Origin: Squalus acanthias
Lineage: Eukaryota
Length of the DNA stretch: 64,000 nt
Assembly (NCBI GenBank): GCA_030390025.1
Contig: CM059432.1
Coordinates: 152,832,001-152,896,000 of the forward strand
Direction: 5' to 3'
Part shown: positions 1-13,700 of the stretch, piece by piece
How positions within the stretch are numbered: the first letter of the stretch is position 1
Layout of the letters: each line of letters begins with the position of its first letter
The notes under the pieces: model-generated
Database searches by the model: none
What the model saw: the letters and a program-made list of their open reading frames with translations, nothing else
What the model was told of the DNA's origin: nothing
Position numbers and translations under genes: made by a program

Positions 1-550
1 CTTTCTATACTCCGCTAGGCTTTCTGTAGTATTGAGCTCTCGGTATCTGACAAAACCTTCCCTTTTTTTATCCCATCCTGTATGCTCCTTGACATCTAGG
101 GGGCTCTAGATATGGGAGTTCCACGCTTTTTCTTTGTGGGAATATATTTGCTCTGGACCCTCACTATCTCCTCCTTGAATGCCTCCTGCTGCTCTGACAC
201 TGATTTACCTTCAAGTAGCTGTTTCTGGTCCACTTTTGCTAAATCACATCTCAGCTTATTAAAATTAGCCTTTCCCCAATTGAGAACTTTTACACCTGAT
301 CTATCTTTGTCCTTTTCCATAATTATGTTAAATCTAACTGAATTATGATCACTGCCACCAAAATGCTCTCCCACTGATACCCCTTCCACCTGCCCAGCTG
401 CATTCCCTAAAACTAAGTCCAGAACTGCCCCCTCTCTTGTTGCCCTGTATTCCTTTTACACTGATTCTATCCCAGTTAATATTAGGGTAGTTGAAATCCC
501 CAACTATTACTGCCCTATTGTTTTTGCACTTCTCAGAAATTTGCCACATA
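1..550 (-). mobile_element. CR1 LINE fragment (ORF2 APE endonuclease C-terminal half); downstream part of an element interrupted at ~550
   Basis: Minus-strand peptides RAVIVGDFNYPNINWD and HFGGSDHNSVRFNI are APE motifs; disrupted by frameshifts. Confidence 0.85.
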
Positions 551-2088
551 CTAGAAATAGTAGATGCATTGCTGATCATCTTCCAACATTCGATGGAATC
601 TGGAACTGTACCCATGGATTGGAGGGTAGCTAATGTTACCCCACTATTCAAAAAGGGTGGTAGAGAGAAAGCGGGGAATTACAGACCGGTAAGCCTGACA
701 TCGGTAGTGGGGAAAATGCTAGAGTCCATTATAAAGGATGTAATAGCTGAGCACTTGGAAAACAGTGACAGGATCGGACAAAGTCAACATGGATTTACAA
801 AAGGTAAATCGTGCTTGACTAATCTACTGGAATTTTTTGAGGATGTAACTGGGAAAATAGATAAGGGAGAATCAGTAGATGTGGTGTATTTGGACTTTCA
901 AAAGGCTTTCAATAAGGTCCCGCATAAGAGATTAGCGGGTAAAGTTAAGGCACATGGGATTGGGGGCAAGGTATTGACTTGGATAGAGAACTGGTTGGCG
1001 GACAGAAAGCAGAGAGTAGGAATTAATGGGTCTTTTTCCGAGTGGCAAGCAGTGACTAGTGGGGTACCGCAGGGATCAGTCCTTGGACCCCAGCTATTCA
1101 CAATATACATTAATGATCTAGATAAGGGAATTAAATGTAATATCTCCAAGTTTGCAGATGACACAAAGCTGGGTGGGAGTGTGTGCTGCGAGGAGGATAC
1201 CGAGAAACTCCAGGATGATCTGGACAGGTTGGGTGAGTGGGCAGAAGCGTGGCAGATGCAATATAACGTGGATAAGTGCGAGGTTATCCACTTTGGTGTC
1301 AAAAACAGAAAGGCAGACTATTATCTGAATGGCAATAGATTGGGAGAAGGGGAAGTGCAACGAGACCTGGGTATCCTTGTGCACCAGTCGCTGAAAGTAA
1401 GCATGCAGGTGCAGCAGGCGGTGAAGAAGGCAAATGGTATGTTGGCCTTCATAGCGAAAGGGTTTGAGTATAGGAACAGGGATGTCCTGCTGCAGTTGTA
1501 CAGGGCCTTGGTGAGACCACACCTTGAGTACTGTGTGCAGTTTTGGTCGCCTTATCTGAGGAAGGATGTTCTTGCCATGGAAGGAGTTCAGCGAAGATTC
1601 ACAAGGCTGATACCTGGGATGGCAGGAATGACATATGAGGAGAGATTGGGTCGATTGGGCTTATACTCACTGGAGTATAGAAGAATGAGAGGGGATCTCA
1701 TCGAAACATATAAAATTCTGACAGGTCTGGACAAACTAGATGCAGGAAGAATGTTCCCGATGGTCGGAGAGTCCAGAACCAGGGGTCATAATCTACGGAT
1801 AACGGGTAAACCATTTAGGACAGAAATGAGGAAGAATTTCTTCACCCAGAGAGTGGTGAACCTGTGGAATTCTCTACCACAGAAGGTAGTTGAGGCGAAG
1901 TCATTAAATATATTCAAGGATGAGTTAGATATATTTCTTAAAGCTAAAGGTATCAAGGGATATGGGGAGAAGGCAGGTACAGGGTACTGAGTTTAGATGA
2001 TCAGCCATGATCTCATTGAATGGCGGAGCAGGCTCGAGGGGCCGAATGGCCTACTCCTGCTCCTATCTTCTATGTTTCTATGTTTCTA
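551..2088 (+). mobile_element. 5'-truncated young CR1 LINE (uninterrupted RT to stop at 1990, 3'UTR, TTCTATGT tail)
   Basis: [50 protein letters not shown]; no stop over ~480 codons; tail ttctatgtttctatgtttcta. Confidence 0.95.
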
Positions 2089-2950
2089 TATTTGCTCTTC
2101 TATCTCCCTCTGACTGTTTGGGGGTCTATAGTACACTCCCAGCAGTGTGATCGGCCCTTTTTTGTTCTTCATTTCAACCCATATGGCCTCATTTGATGAT
2201 CCTTCTAACATACCATCCCTCCTCACAGATGTAATTGTTTCCTTAACCAATATTGCGATCCCCCTCCCTTTTTATCCCCTCTCTATCTCGTCTGAAAATC
2301 CTGTAACCAGGAATGTTGAGCTGCCATTCCTGCCCCTCTTTAAGCCATGTTTCAGTAATAGCTATAATATCATACTTCCACATGTCTATCTGTGCCTTCA
2401 GCTCATCTGCCTTGTTCACCAAACTCCTTGTATTGAAGTTTATACCATTAAGCACTGCCAAACTCCTTTGTTGCCTATTTTCTATCCTTTGCTTCTTCTG
2501 CCTTCCAAACTCACTTACTAATTTACTACCTTCCATTTCCAGCTTTGCTTCTCTCCCTTCTAAATCTTCGCTCAGATTCCCATCCCCCTGCCAAGCTCGT
2601 TTAAACCTCCCCAACAGCACTAGCAAACTCCCCCACGAGGATATTGGTTCCGGCCCTGTTGAGGTGCAACCCGTCCGGCTTGTACAGGTCTCACCTCCCC
2701 CAGAACTGATCCCAATGCCGCAGGAATCTAAAGCCCTCCCCTCCTGCACCATCTCTCCAGCCACGTATTCATCCGCTCTATCCTCCTCCTATTTCTGTAC
2801 TCACTCGCTCGTGGTTACCGGGAGTAATCCGGAGATTACTACCTTTGATGTCCTGCTTACCAATCTTTTTCCTAGCTCCCTAAATTCTGCCTGCAGGACC
2901 TCATCCCTCTTTCTACCTATGTCATTGGTACCGATATGGACCACAGCCTC
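2089..2950 (-). mobile_element. CR1 LINE fragment (ORF1 esterase C-terminus and ORF2 start); continuation of element 1-550
   Basis: FNTRSLVNKADEL...DIIAITETWL...IPGYRIFRRDR (APE N-terminus); HIGTNDIG...VVISGLLPV (ORF1 SGNH-esterase-like). Confidence 0.85.
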
Positions 2951-3844
2951 TGGCATCCAGCAACCAAGAGTATGACGGGGAGCTACAAATGAGGATCATG
3001 TGAGGCTGAAAAAGCTCGCTGTAAGACCCCAAGAAGTGAGGAAGAACGAAAGACTAGTTTAAAAAAAATCAAGGACAGATTTTGATGATTTTTTACTTTG
3101 CAAGTAATTGGAATGCTGGGAAAATAGTGGTCATGGTGCAGTATGGTGGGCTTCAGATCTGTCTGTGCGTTAGGCTTCACCTGTGTGAATGTAAAGTAGT
3201 CGAATGAAAATGTACTCTAATCCTGCTGGCAGCCCACTTCTCCAGAGGCCACAGCTGTGGTGTCACCCAGAATTCCTGGAGAGTGTGTTAATCCACAGGT
3301 GTTTTTTGTGGGCTACATGGTACAGATAGCAACAGATCTTGGTTGCCAATTTCGGAGTTATCCACCAATCAGGCAACAGTATTCAGAACAGCCCTTTGTA
3401 AGGCTCCAGGCCAGCAAAGTTCAAACAAGACCAACCAGTAAATAAGAATTGTAAACTCAGTGTAGCCTGACCTTCGAGGGTCCGATTGCCAAGGCACGGG
3501 TGGAGGTTGAGGGTCACCTGTAGCCCACTGCCTGCATTATGGTCACCCTTTTGATAGCTTGAGTTGTTCATTGACCCCCACTGTACACTTTTTCGAGTCT
3601 TTCCGTGCTCCTGGCAATCGCCAGGGTCAATTTCAAGATGCTTTTGTCCTTATGGTTGTCACCTGCTGCACCCAGTTGTAATGTTACCCAATGTGGAAAA
3701 CAAAATCTGCTTGGCAAATCTATATTCCTCCTTGAGAAAGGCAGTGAATCTAATGATGACTCAACTGGTTAAGTGCAGTGAGTAGCTGAGGCATTCAGAC
3801 CTGAAAGATAATTAGGTTAGATCGGTGCTGAGTCAGTTGGCCTC

Positions 3845-4545
3845 AATTTTAAAGGGCGTGCAAGAAGAAAGAGACCTGGAGATTCACACACACAAATCTT
3901 TGAAGGTGGCAGGACAAGTTGATAAAGCTGTTAAAAAAGCACCTGGGATCCTGGGCTTTATAAATAGAAGCACTGAGTACAAAAGCAAGGAAGTTATGTT
4001 CAACCTTTATAAATCACTAGTTAGGCCCCAGCTGGAGTATTGTGGCCAATTCTGGGCACCGCACTTTAGGAAGGATGTCCAGGCCTTAGAGAGGGTGCAG
4101 AGGAGATTTACTAGAATGTTACCAGGGATGAGGAAATTCAGTTATTTGGAAATACCGGAGAAGCTGGGATTGTTCTCCTTGGAGCAGAGAAGGTTAAGGG
4201 GAGATTTAGTAGAGGTAGTTAAAAATTATGGGATAGTGTAAATAAGGAGAAATTGTTTCCATTGGCAGGAGAATTGGTAAGAGAGGACACAGATTTAAGA
4301 TAATCGGTCAAAGAACCAGAGGAGAGACGAGGAGAACATTTGTTATGATCTGGAACGCACTGCCTGAAAGGGCGGTGGAAGCAGATTTAATAGTAACTTT
4401 CAAAAGGGAATTGGATTTATACTTGAAAAGGAGAAATTTGCAGGGCTATGGAGAATGAGTGGGGGAGTGGAACTAATAGCTGTTTCAAAGAGCCGGCAAA
4501 GGCACGATGGGCTGAATGGCAGCCTCCTGTGCAGTAAGATCCTTT
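3845..4545 (+). mobile_element. CR1 LINE 3' fragment
   Basis: LYKSLVRPQLEYCGQFWAPHFRKD...RRLRGDL, then CR1 3'UTR; the tail resumes (gattcta) after the MITE at 5431. Confidence 0.88.
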
Positions 4546-5428
4546 GGGGTAAAAATTCACTTGGTTGCGCCACCCGTTAGCGCCTTAAGAGGGCGCTAAT
4601 GGGGCGCAAAGCCGCTAACGCCCGGGCGCAGCGATGTTTGCGCCGCTCGAGAACTTAACTTGAGATTGTGCGGCGGCGCTAAAACTTACCGCTGCGACCA
4701 CCTGCGCGCGCAGATTGTGACGTCATTCCATGGTGCAACGCCCTTGGGGCGCCCCGTAGCGGAAATTGAGTGGCGCCCCCTGCCTTACCGCCTGGCGCTT
4801 CCAACGACCAGAAGACTGGAACGCTATCAATCGCTGTGGGGCTGGGGGGGGGGCGCTATTTAAAGGGGGCCTCTTCCTGTCTTTTATTGTTGGTGGCATT
4901 TTTGAACTAGGCATTCTGAGAGAGAGAGGGAGAGATTCAACGTTGTGTGAAGGAGTTTTGGGTACTGAGCAGCACTTTGCAGGTTCATTTTGATTTGCCA
5001 TTCCTTGTATCGATTTAGCAGAGACCGTGGGAGCTGCACTCTGAGCTCTTTGCCTGGTGCTCTCCATTGTTCTTTCCAGCACATTTGATGTGCAAGTCTC
5101 TCCAGGCCGAGATTCAAGGCAGCAATGAACAGGATGTGGATGGAAAGCAAGATTAACCATCCCCTTTAAGAACTGGCCCGTGCCATTGTGTGTGTGTTCC
5201 ATTGCTGACTGACATTACATGAGCTTCGCCAGCGCTCCGAGTTAGCGCCTCACTGCTCGGCCTTTGCGCCTTAACAGAGGTGTGCAGCGCCTGCTTTAGC
5301 GCTCCACTCACCTCCCGGGGCGGTAAAAGTGAAGTTTCCCGTCAGTGCCGATAATTAGCGCCAGGCGCTAATATTTGCGTCCGGACGATATTTGCGCCCC
5401 AAATGGGGCGCAACCTAATTTCTACCCC
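4546..5428. mobile_element. Non-autonomous DNA transposon (PIF/Harbinger-like MITE)
   Basis: Imperfect TIRs GGGGTAAAAATT..GGTTGCGCC / GGCGCAACC.AATTTCTACCCC; 3-bp TTT on both flanks; GC-rich subterminal GGCGCTAA/TTAGCGCC repeats. Confidence 0.75.
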
Positions 5429-5780
5429 TTTGATTCTAACTAGGGTGGCAGTAGGGGCACTATAACTCGTTTGAACCCCAGTGGGTTAATGAGGGGGCAA
5501 TTGGCCAGGTTTCCCACTTCTGATCGCCATCAGTGACCGCTGCAAGGAGTGCGTGTGCTTGGATGCCTGGAGAGGTCAGGATCAGCCTCTGCTTCCGATG
5601 GTCAACTAGCTTGACAACCCTTGCTTTCTGGGTTCCAACATGAAGACTGGGCACTTGAGCAAAGTACTACTGGACGGTTAATACTCCTGCAAACTGTACC
5701 TCAGAAAGAGGTCAATGCCTCTGGAAGAAGCGTGCAGTGTCCTGGTCACCTGGAGGACTCTATTTAGTTTTGGTCATCAA

Positions 5781-6221
5781 AGAAAGAACTTGTATTTAAT
5801 TACCGGTGTTCACATCCTCAGGACGTCCCAAAATGCATTACAACCAATTAAGTACTTTTGAAGGGTAGTCACTATTGCAATGAACGCAAATGTGGCAGCC
5901 AATTTGTCCACAACAGGGTCCCTCAAACAATAATAAGATAAATCAACATTAATCTGTTTTTAGTGGTGTTGGCTGAGGGATAAATATTGGCCAAGAAACC
6001 AGGAGAATTCCCCTGCTCTTCTTCAAATAGTGCCATGGGAGCTTTTACATCCACCTGAGAGGGCAGACGGGATCTCATTTTAATGTCTTATCCAAAAGAC
6101 GGCACCTCCGACAGTGCAACACTGAAATGTCAGCCTAGATTATGCACTCAAGTCCCCGGAGTGAGATTTGAACCCATGAGCTATTGAATCAGAGGCGAGA
6201 GTGCTACCACTGAGTCAAGGC
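5781..6221 (-). mobile_element. tRNA-derived Deu-domain SINE (SacSINE1/AmnSINE1-like)
   Basis: Reverse complement of the copies at 28262 and 58920: tRNA-like head, Deu-like core, tail ataaatgcaagt-like. Confidence 0.8.
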
Positions 6222-7770
6222 AGAAAAGAAATCTTCAGAGAAGGCTAATCAGGAGTACTTCAGTGATTGACAGAATACTAAAACAAGGGGATGGTGAAGA
6301 TGTCAAGATTTCTTCACTGAAATATTTTAACATTTGGAATGGCCTTCTGGGTAAGGCAGTGGAGGTGAAAACCTCAGACTCGCTCAAGAGCCAGTTAGAT
6401 GACACGATAGGGGAGGGGCATGTGATAATATTGGTCTTTTATTCCAGATTGATCTTCTGACATGGGGCGAATGGCCTTACTCATCTGCATTTTGTGCAGG
6501 GTGGGAGGAAATTCGATGGAAAAATTAAGGGTAATGAATGTCCAAAATGTGTGTTCCTGATTAGTCTGATGATTTTAAACATTTTGAAACACCCACTGGA
6601 ACAGTTGTTTCAGTCAGTCTTATCAACAGATTTTTTTTTTGCGGTTAAGTACTTGACTTGTTAAAGAGAAGACGTACTGACCATTGTGAATGAGAAGTAA
6701 GGTCAAGAGCTGTCAAATTTCAGCTCAAGAAACTGAAGAGAAACAAGTCAAAGTTATAAAAGTCCTATCATTCATAGTTCTTTTTAATAGTCCTATTTTT
6801 TAAAAAAGTGTTTAAAATTACAACCTAGATTATTAGAATTTTTAATGAAATGATTTAAGCTGACCCACAAGATGGTAATTATTTGGTAATGTTTTGCTTG
6901 AGTAATAACTATTGGACTGAACAGAGTCCGGTAACTGAATACACAGCAGGGAGGAATAGAGTTGCTATATTGTGTACTGCTAACTGGTTTTGACAACTAA
7001 TATAAGCATCATGTAGACTGCAGCATAGTCTTAATATGATTTTCTGTGTACTAACAATGGTCTGAGAGTACAGTCGAGTAATGAAGTGATGACAGGTATT
7101 AGCATGTGTAATGTGCTTTAATAGACGTTTAATGACATTTAATTCAAGGAGGAAGAAAAGGCTTCCCAATGGAATAGTCTATCATTGAAACTCATTGATC
7201 ACCAATTTAGGCAGTTTCATAGTGGAGAGGTTAATCCATCAATTCCTTTAACTAAACAAGTCTGATGGAAATTCTGTAGGTGACACTCAGTATGGTCTGA
7301 GCTTTCTGTCTTCACAAGTGAATGAGTGATATGACAAGCATGAAGCTCACAACAGATTTAAATGATTGATTTTTTTTCTCTGTTTGTAATAAGATCTAGA
7401 GACATATGGAAAGACTTAGCTCATGCCAGGATTGAAATGTACTGCATTAAATGGAAACTGAAATATGAATATATGTGCAAAAGTGTACTTCACTGACACT
7501 AAATCAACCACATTTTGCCCTGCAGTTGCTACGTTTTTGCAGAGTGGGAATTTGACAAATATCCTAATTAGCCTGTAGTAAATGTTGTGTAACCTTGGCA
7601 ATATTTTTTAATGGGAAGAAGGTTTAATTGTGATGCTTTTTTGATAGGTAATTTCCATGACCTCATAATGAAGTTTCAAGTTTTAATTAAGATTTGATCT
7701 CTCCCACCCACACACACCCACACACGCGTGGACACACACCAACACACAAGTGAGCGCGCACACACATCCC

Positions 7771-10700
7771 GAGAGAAAGACTCACCCCCCAAGAGACTCA
7801 CCACCCGAGAGAGAGACTCACCCCCCGAGAGAGACTCACCCCCCCCGAGAGAGAGACCCACCCCCCGAGAGAGAGACTCACCCCCCGAGAGAGAGACTCA
7901 CCCCCCAAGAGAGAGACTCACCCCCCGAGAGAGACCTCACCCCCCGAGAGAGAGAGACTCACCCCCCGAGAGAGACTCACCCCCCGAGAGAGAGACTCAC
8001 CCCCCGAGAGAGAGAGACTCACACCCCCGAGAGAGAGACTCACCCCCCGAGAGAGGAGACTCACCCCCCGAGAGAGAGACTCACCCCCCGAGAGAGAGAG
8101 ACTCACCCCCCGAGAGAGAGACTCACCCCCCGAGAGAGAGACTCACCCCCCGAGAGAGAGAGACTCACCCCCCGAGAGAGAGACTCACCCCCCGAGAGAG
8201 AGAGACTCTCCCCCCGAGAGAGAGACTCACCCCCCGAGAGAGAGAGACTCACCCCCCGGAGAGAGAGCGCCTCACCCCCCGAGAGAGAGACTCACCCCCC
8301 GAGAGAGAGACTCACCCCCCCAGAGAGAGACTCACCCCCCGAGAGAGAGAGAGCTCACCCCCCGAGAGAGAGACTCACCCCCCGAGAGAGAGACTCACCC
8401 CCCGAGAGAGAGACTCACCCCCGAGAGAGAGACTCACCCCCCCGAGAGAGAGACTCACCCCCCGAGAGAGAGACTCACCCCCCGAGAGAGAGAGACTCAC
8501 CCCCCGAGAGAGACTCACCCCCCGAGAGAGAGACTCACCCCCCGAGAGAGGACTCACCCCCGAGAGAGAGACTCACCCCCGCGAAGAGAGACTCACCCCC
8601 CGAGAGAGAGACTCACCCCCCGAGAGAGAGACTCACCCCCCGAGAGAGAGACTCACCCCCCGAGAGAGAGACTCACCCCCCGAGAGAGAGACTCACCCCC
8701 CGAGAGAGAGACTCACCCCCGAGAGAGAGACTCACCCCCCGAGAGAGAGACTCACCCCCCGAGAGAGAGACTCACCCCCCGAGAGAGAGAGAGACTCACC
8801 CCCCGAGAGAGAGACTCACCCCCCGAGAGAGAGACTCACCCCCGCGAGAGAGACTCACCCCCCGAGAGAGAGGACTCACCCCCCGAGAGAGAGAGACTCA
8901 CCCCCGAGAGAGAGAGACTCACCCCCGAGAGAGAGGACTCACCCCCCGAGAGAGAGACTCACCCCCGAGAGAGAGACTCCACCCCCCGAGAGAGAGACTC
9001 ACCCCCGAGAGAGAGAGACTCACCCCCCCGAGAGAGAGACTCACCCCCGAGAGAGAGAGACTCACCCCCCGAGAGAGAGACTCACCCCCCGAGAGAGAGA
9101 CTCACCCCCCGAGGAGAGAGACCTCACCCCCCGATCGAGAGAGGACTCACCCCCCGAGAGAGAGACTCACCGCCCCGAAGAGAGAGAGACTCACCCCCCC
9201 GAGAGAGAGACTCACCCCCCGAGAGAGAGACTCACCCCCCGAGAGAGAGACTCACCCCCCGAGAGAGAGAGAGACTCACCCCCGAGAGAGACCACACCCC
9301 CGAGAGAGAGACTCACCCCCTAGAGAGGAGACTCACCCCCCCGAGGAGAGAGACTCACCCCCCGAGAGAGACTCACCCCCGAGAGAGAGACTCACCCCCG
9401 AGAGAGAGACTCACCCCCCGAGAGAGAGCTCACCCCCCGAAGAGAGAGAGACTCACCCCCCTAGAGAGACTCACCCCCCGAGAGAGAGACTCACCCCCCG
9501 AGAGAGAGACTCAGCCCCTCCGAGAGAGAGACTCACCCCGAGAGTGACTCACCCCCCGAGAGAGAGAGACTCACCCCCCGAGAGAGAGAGACTCACCCCC
9601 GAGAGAGAGACTCACCCCCGAAGAGAGGACCTCACCGCCCCCGATAGAGAGGAGACTCACGCCCCGAGGAGAGACTCACCCCCCGAGAGAGACTCACCCC
9701 ACGGGGGACTCACCCCCCGAGAGAGACTCACCCCCGAGAGAGAGACTCACCCCCCGAGAGAGAGACCTCACCCCCGAGGAGAGAGACTCGCCCCCGGAGA
9801 GAGAGACTCACCCCCCGAGAGAGAGAGACTCACCCCCCGAGAGAGAGACTCACCCCCCCGAGAGACACTCACCCCCCGAGAGAGAGACTCACCCCCCGAG
9901 AGAGACTCACCCCCCGAGAGAGAGACTCACCCCCCGAGAGAGACTCACCCCCCCGAGAGAGAGACTCACCCCCGAGAGAGACTCACCCCCCCGAGAGAGA
10001 GACTCACCCCCCGAGAGAGACTCACCCCCCGAGAGAGAGACTCACCCCCCGAGAGAGAGACTCACCCCCCGAGAGAGAGAGACTCACCCCCCGAGAGAGA
10101 GACTCACCCCCCGAGAGAGACTCACCCCCCGAGAGAGAAAGACTCACCCCCCGAGAGAGAGACTCACCCCCCGAGAGAGAGACTCACCCCCCGAGAGAGA
10201 GACTCACCCCCCGAGAAAGAGACTCACCCCCCGAGAGAGAGACTCACCCCCCGAGAGAGAGACTCACCCCCCGAGAGAGAGACTCACCCCCCGAGAGAGA
10301 GACTCACCCCCCGAGAGAGACTCACCCCCCGAGAGAGAGACTCACCCCCCGAGAGAGAGAGACTCACCCCCCGAGAGAGAGACTCACCCCCCGAGAGAGA
10401 CTCAACTCCCCCGCGAGAGAGACTCACCCCCCGAGAGAGAGACTCACCCCCCGAGAGAGAGACTCACCCCCCGAGAGAGAGACTCACCCCCCGAGAGAGA
10501 GACTCACCCCCCGAGAGAGAGACTCACCCCCCGAGAGAGAGACTCACCCCCCGAGAGAGAGACTCACCCCCCGAGAGAGAGAGACTCACCCCCCGAGAGA
10601 GAGACTCACCCCCCGAGAGAGAGACTCACCCCCCGAGAGAGAGACTCACCCCCCGAGAGAGAGACTCACCCCCCGAGAGAGAGACTCACCCCCCGAGAGA

Positions 10701-13700
10701 GAGACTCACCCCCCGAGAGAGAGACTCACCCCCCGAGAGAGAGACTCACCCCCCGAGAGAGAGACTCACCCCCCGAGAGAGAGACTCACCCCCGAGAGAG
10801 AGACTCACCCCCCGAGAGAGAGACTCACCCCCCGAGAGAGAGACTCACCCCCCGAGAGAGAGACTCACCCCCCGAGAGAGAGACTCACCCCCCGAGAGAG
10901 AGACTCACCCCCCGAGAGAGAGACTCACCCCCCGAGAGAGAGACTCACCCCCCGAGAGAGAGACTCACCCCCCGAGAGAGACTCACCCCCCGAGAGAGAC
11001 TCACTCACCCCCCGAGAGAGAGACTCACCCCCCGAGAGAGAGACTCACCCCCCGAGAGAGAGACTCAGCCCCCGAGAGAGAGACTCAGCCCCCGAGAGAG
11101 AGACTCACCCCCCGAGAGAGACTCACCCCCCGAGAGAGACTCACCCCCCGAGAGAGACTCACCCCCCGAGAGAGAGAGACTCACCCCCCGAGAGAGAGAG
11201 ACTCACCCCCGAGAGAGACTCACCCCCCGAGAGAGAGACTCACCCCCCGAGAGAGACTCACCCCCCGAGAGAGAGACTCACCCCCCGAGAGAGAGACTCA
11301 CCCCCGAGAGAGACTCGCCCCCCGAGAGAGAGACTCACCCCCGAGAGAGACTCACCCCCCGAGAGAGAGACTCACCCCCCGAGAGAGAGACTCACCCCCG
11401 AGAGAGACTCACCCCCCGAGAGAGAGAGACTCACCCCCCGAGAGAGAGACTCACCCCCGTAGAGAGAGACTCACCCCCCGAGAGAGAGAGACTCACCCCC
11501 CGAGAGAGAGAGACTCACCCCCCGAGAGAGAGACTCACCCCCCGAGAGAGAGACTCACCCCCCGAGAGAGACTCACCCCCCGGAGAGAGAGACTCACCCC
11601 CCCGAGAGAGAGACTCACCCCCCGAGAGAGAGACTCACCCCCCGAGAGAGAGACTCACCCCCCGAGAGAGAGACTCACCCCCCGAGAGAGACTCACCCCC
11701 CGAGAGAGAGACTCACCCCCCGAGAGAGAGACTCACCCCCCGAGAGAGAGACTCACCCCCCCGAGAGAGAGACTCACCCCCCCGAGAGAGAGACTCACCC
11801 CCCGAGAGAGAGAGACTCACCCCCGAGAGAGAGACTCACCCCCCGAGAGAGAGACTCACCCCCGAGAGAGAGACTCACCCCCCGAGAGAGAGACTCACCC
11901 CCCGAGAGAGAGACTCACCCCCCGAGAGAGAGACTCACCCCCGAGAGAGAGAGACTCACCCCCCGAGAGAGAGAGACTCACCCCCCGAGAGAGAGACACT
12001 CACCCCCCGAGAGAGAGACTCACCCCCCGAGAGAGAGAGACTCACCCCCCGAGAGAGAGACTCACCCCCCGAGAGAGAGGACTCACCCCCCCGAGAGAGA
12101 GACTCACCCCCCGAGAGAGAGACTCACCCCCCGAGAGAGAGACTCACCCCCCGAGAGAGAGACTCACCCCCGAGAGAGAGACACACCCCCCGAGAGAGAG
12201 ACTCACCCCCCGAGAGAGAGAGACTCACCCCCCGAGAGAGAGACTCACCCCCCGAGAGAGAGACTCACCCCCCGAGAGAGAGACTCACCCCCCGAGAGAC
12301 TCATCCCCCGAGAGAGAGAGACTCACCCCCCGAGAGACTCATCCCCCGAGAGAGAGAGACTCACCCCCCGAGAGAGAGACTCACCCCCCGAGAGAGAGAC
12401 TCACCCCCCGAGAGAGAGACTCACCCCCCGAGAGAGAGACTCACCCCCCCGAGAGAGAGACTCACCCCCCGAGAGAGAGACTCACCCCCCGAGAGAGAGA
12501 CTCACCCCCCGAGAGAGAGAGACTCACCCCCCGAGAGAGAGAGAGACTCACCCCCCCGAGAGAGAGACTCACCCCCCGAGAGAGAGACTCACCCCCCCGA
12601 GAGAGAGACTCACCCCCCGAGAGAGAGACTCACCCCCCGAGAGAGAGACTCACCCCCCGAGAGAGAGACTCACCCCCCGAGAGAGAGACTCACCCCCCGA
12701 GAGAGAGACTCACCCCCCGAGAGAGAGACTCACCCCCCGAGAGGAGAGACTCACCCCCGAGAGAGTGAGACTCACCCCCCGAGAGAGAGACTCACCCCCG
12801 AGAGAGAGAGACTCACCCCCCGAGAGAGAGACTCACCCCCCGAGAGAGAGACTCACCTCCCCGAGAGAGAGAGACTCACCCCCCGAGAGAGAGACTCACC
12901 CCCCCGAGAGAGAGACTCACCCCCCGAGAGAGAGACTCACCCCCCGAGAGAGAGACTCACCCCCCGAGAGAGAGACTCACCCCCCGAGAGAGAGACTCAC
13001 CCCCGAGAGAGAGACTCACCCCCCGAGAGAGAGACTCACCCCCCGAGAGAGAGACTCACACCCCCGAGAGAGAGACTCACCCCCCGAGAGAGAGACTCAC
13101 CCCCCGAGAGAGAGACTCACCCCCCGAGAGAGAGAGACTCACCCCCCGAGAGAGAGAGACTCACCCCCCGAGAGAGAGACTCACCCCCCGAGAGAGAGAC
13201 TCACCCCCCGAGAGAGACTCACCCCCCGAGAGAGAGACTCACCCCCCGAGAGAGAGACTCACCCCCTCGAGAGAGAGAGACTCACCCCCCGAGAGAGAGA
13301 CTCACCCCCCGAGAGAGACTCACCCCCCGAGAGAGAGACTCACCCCCCGAGAGAGAGACTCACCCCCCGAGAGAGAGACTCACCCCCCGAGAGAGAGACT
13401 CACCCCCCGAGAGAGAGACTCACCCCCCGAGAGAGACTCACCCCCCGAGAGAGAGACTCACCCCCCGAGAGAGAGAGACTCACCCCCCGAGAGAGAGACT
13501 CACCCCCCGAGAGAGAGACTCACCCCCCGAGAGAGACTCACCCCCCGAGAGAGAGACTCACCCCCCGAGAGAGACTCACCCCCCGAGAGAGAGACTCACC
13601 CCCCGAGAGAGAGACTCACCCCCCGAGAGAGAGACTCACCCCCCGAGAGAGAGACTCACCCCCCGAGAGGAGACTCACCCCCCGAGAGAGAGACTCACCC

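Noticed and set aside
491..1990. 499-aa RT ORF as a host gene, retron or other novel RT system
   Set aside because: Standard CR1 ORF2 C-terminal half with CR1 3'UTR and tail; 5'-truncated, no endonuclease or promoter.
7750..12768. 1672-aa ORF (and the 531-aa and 441-aa ORFs) as a real protein gene
   Set aside because: Entirely translation of the 20-bp minisatellite; non-ATG starts, all frames equivalent, no unique domain.
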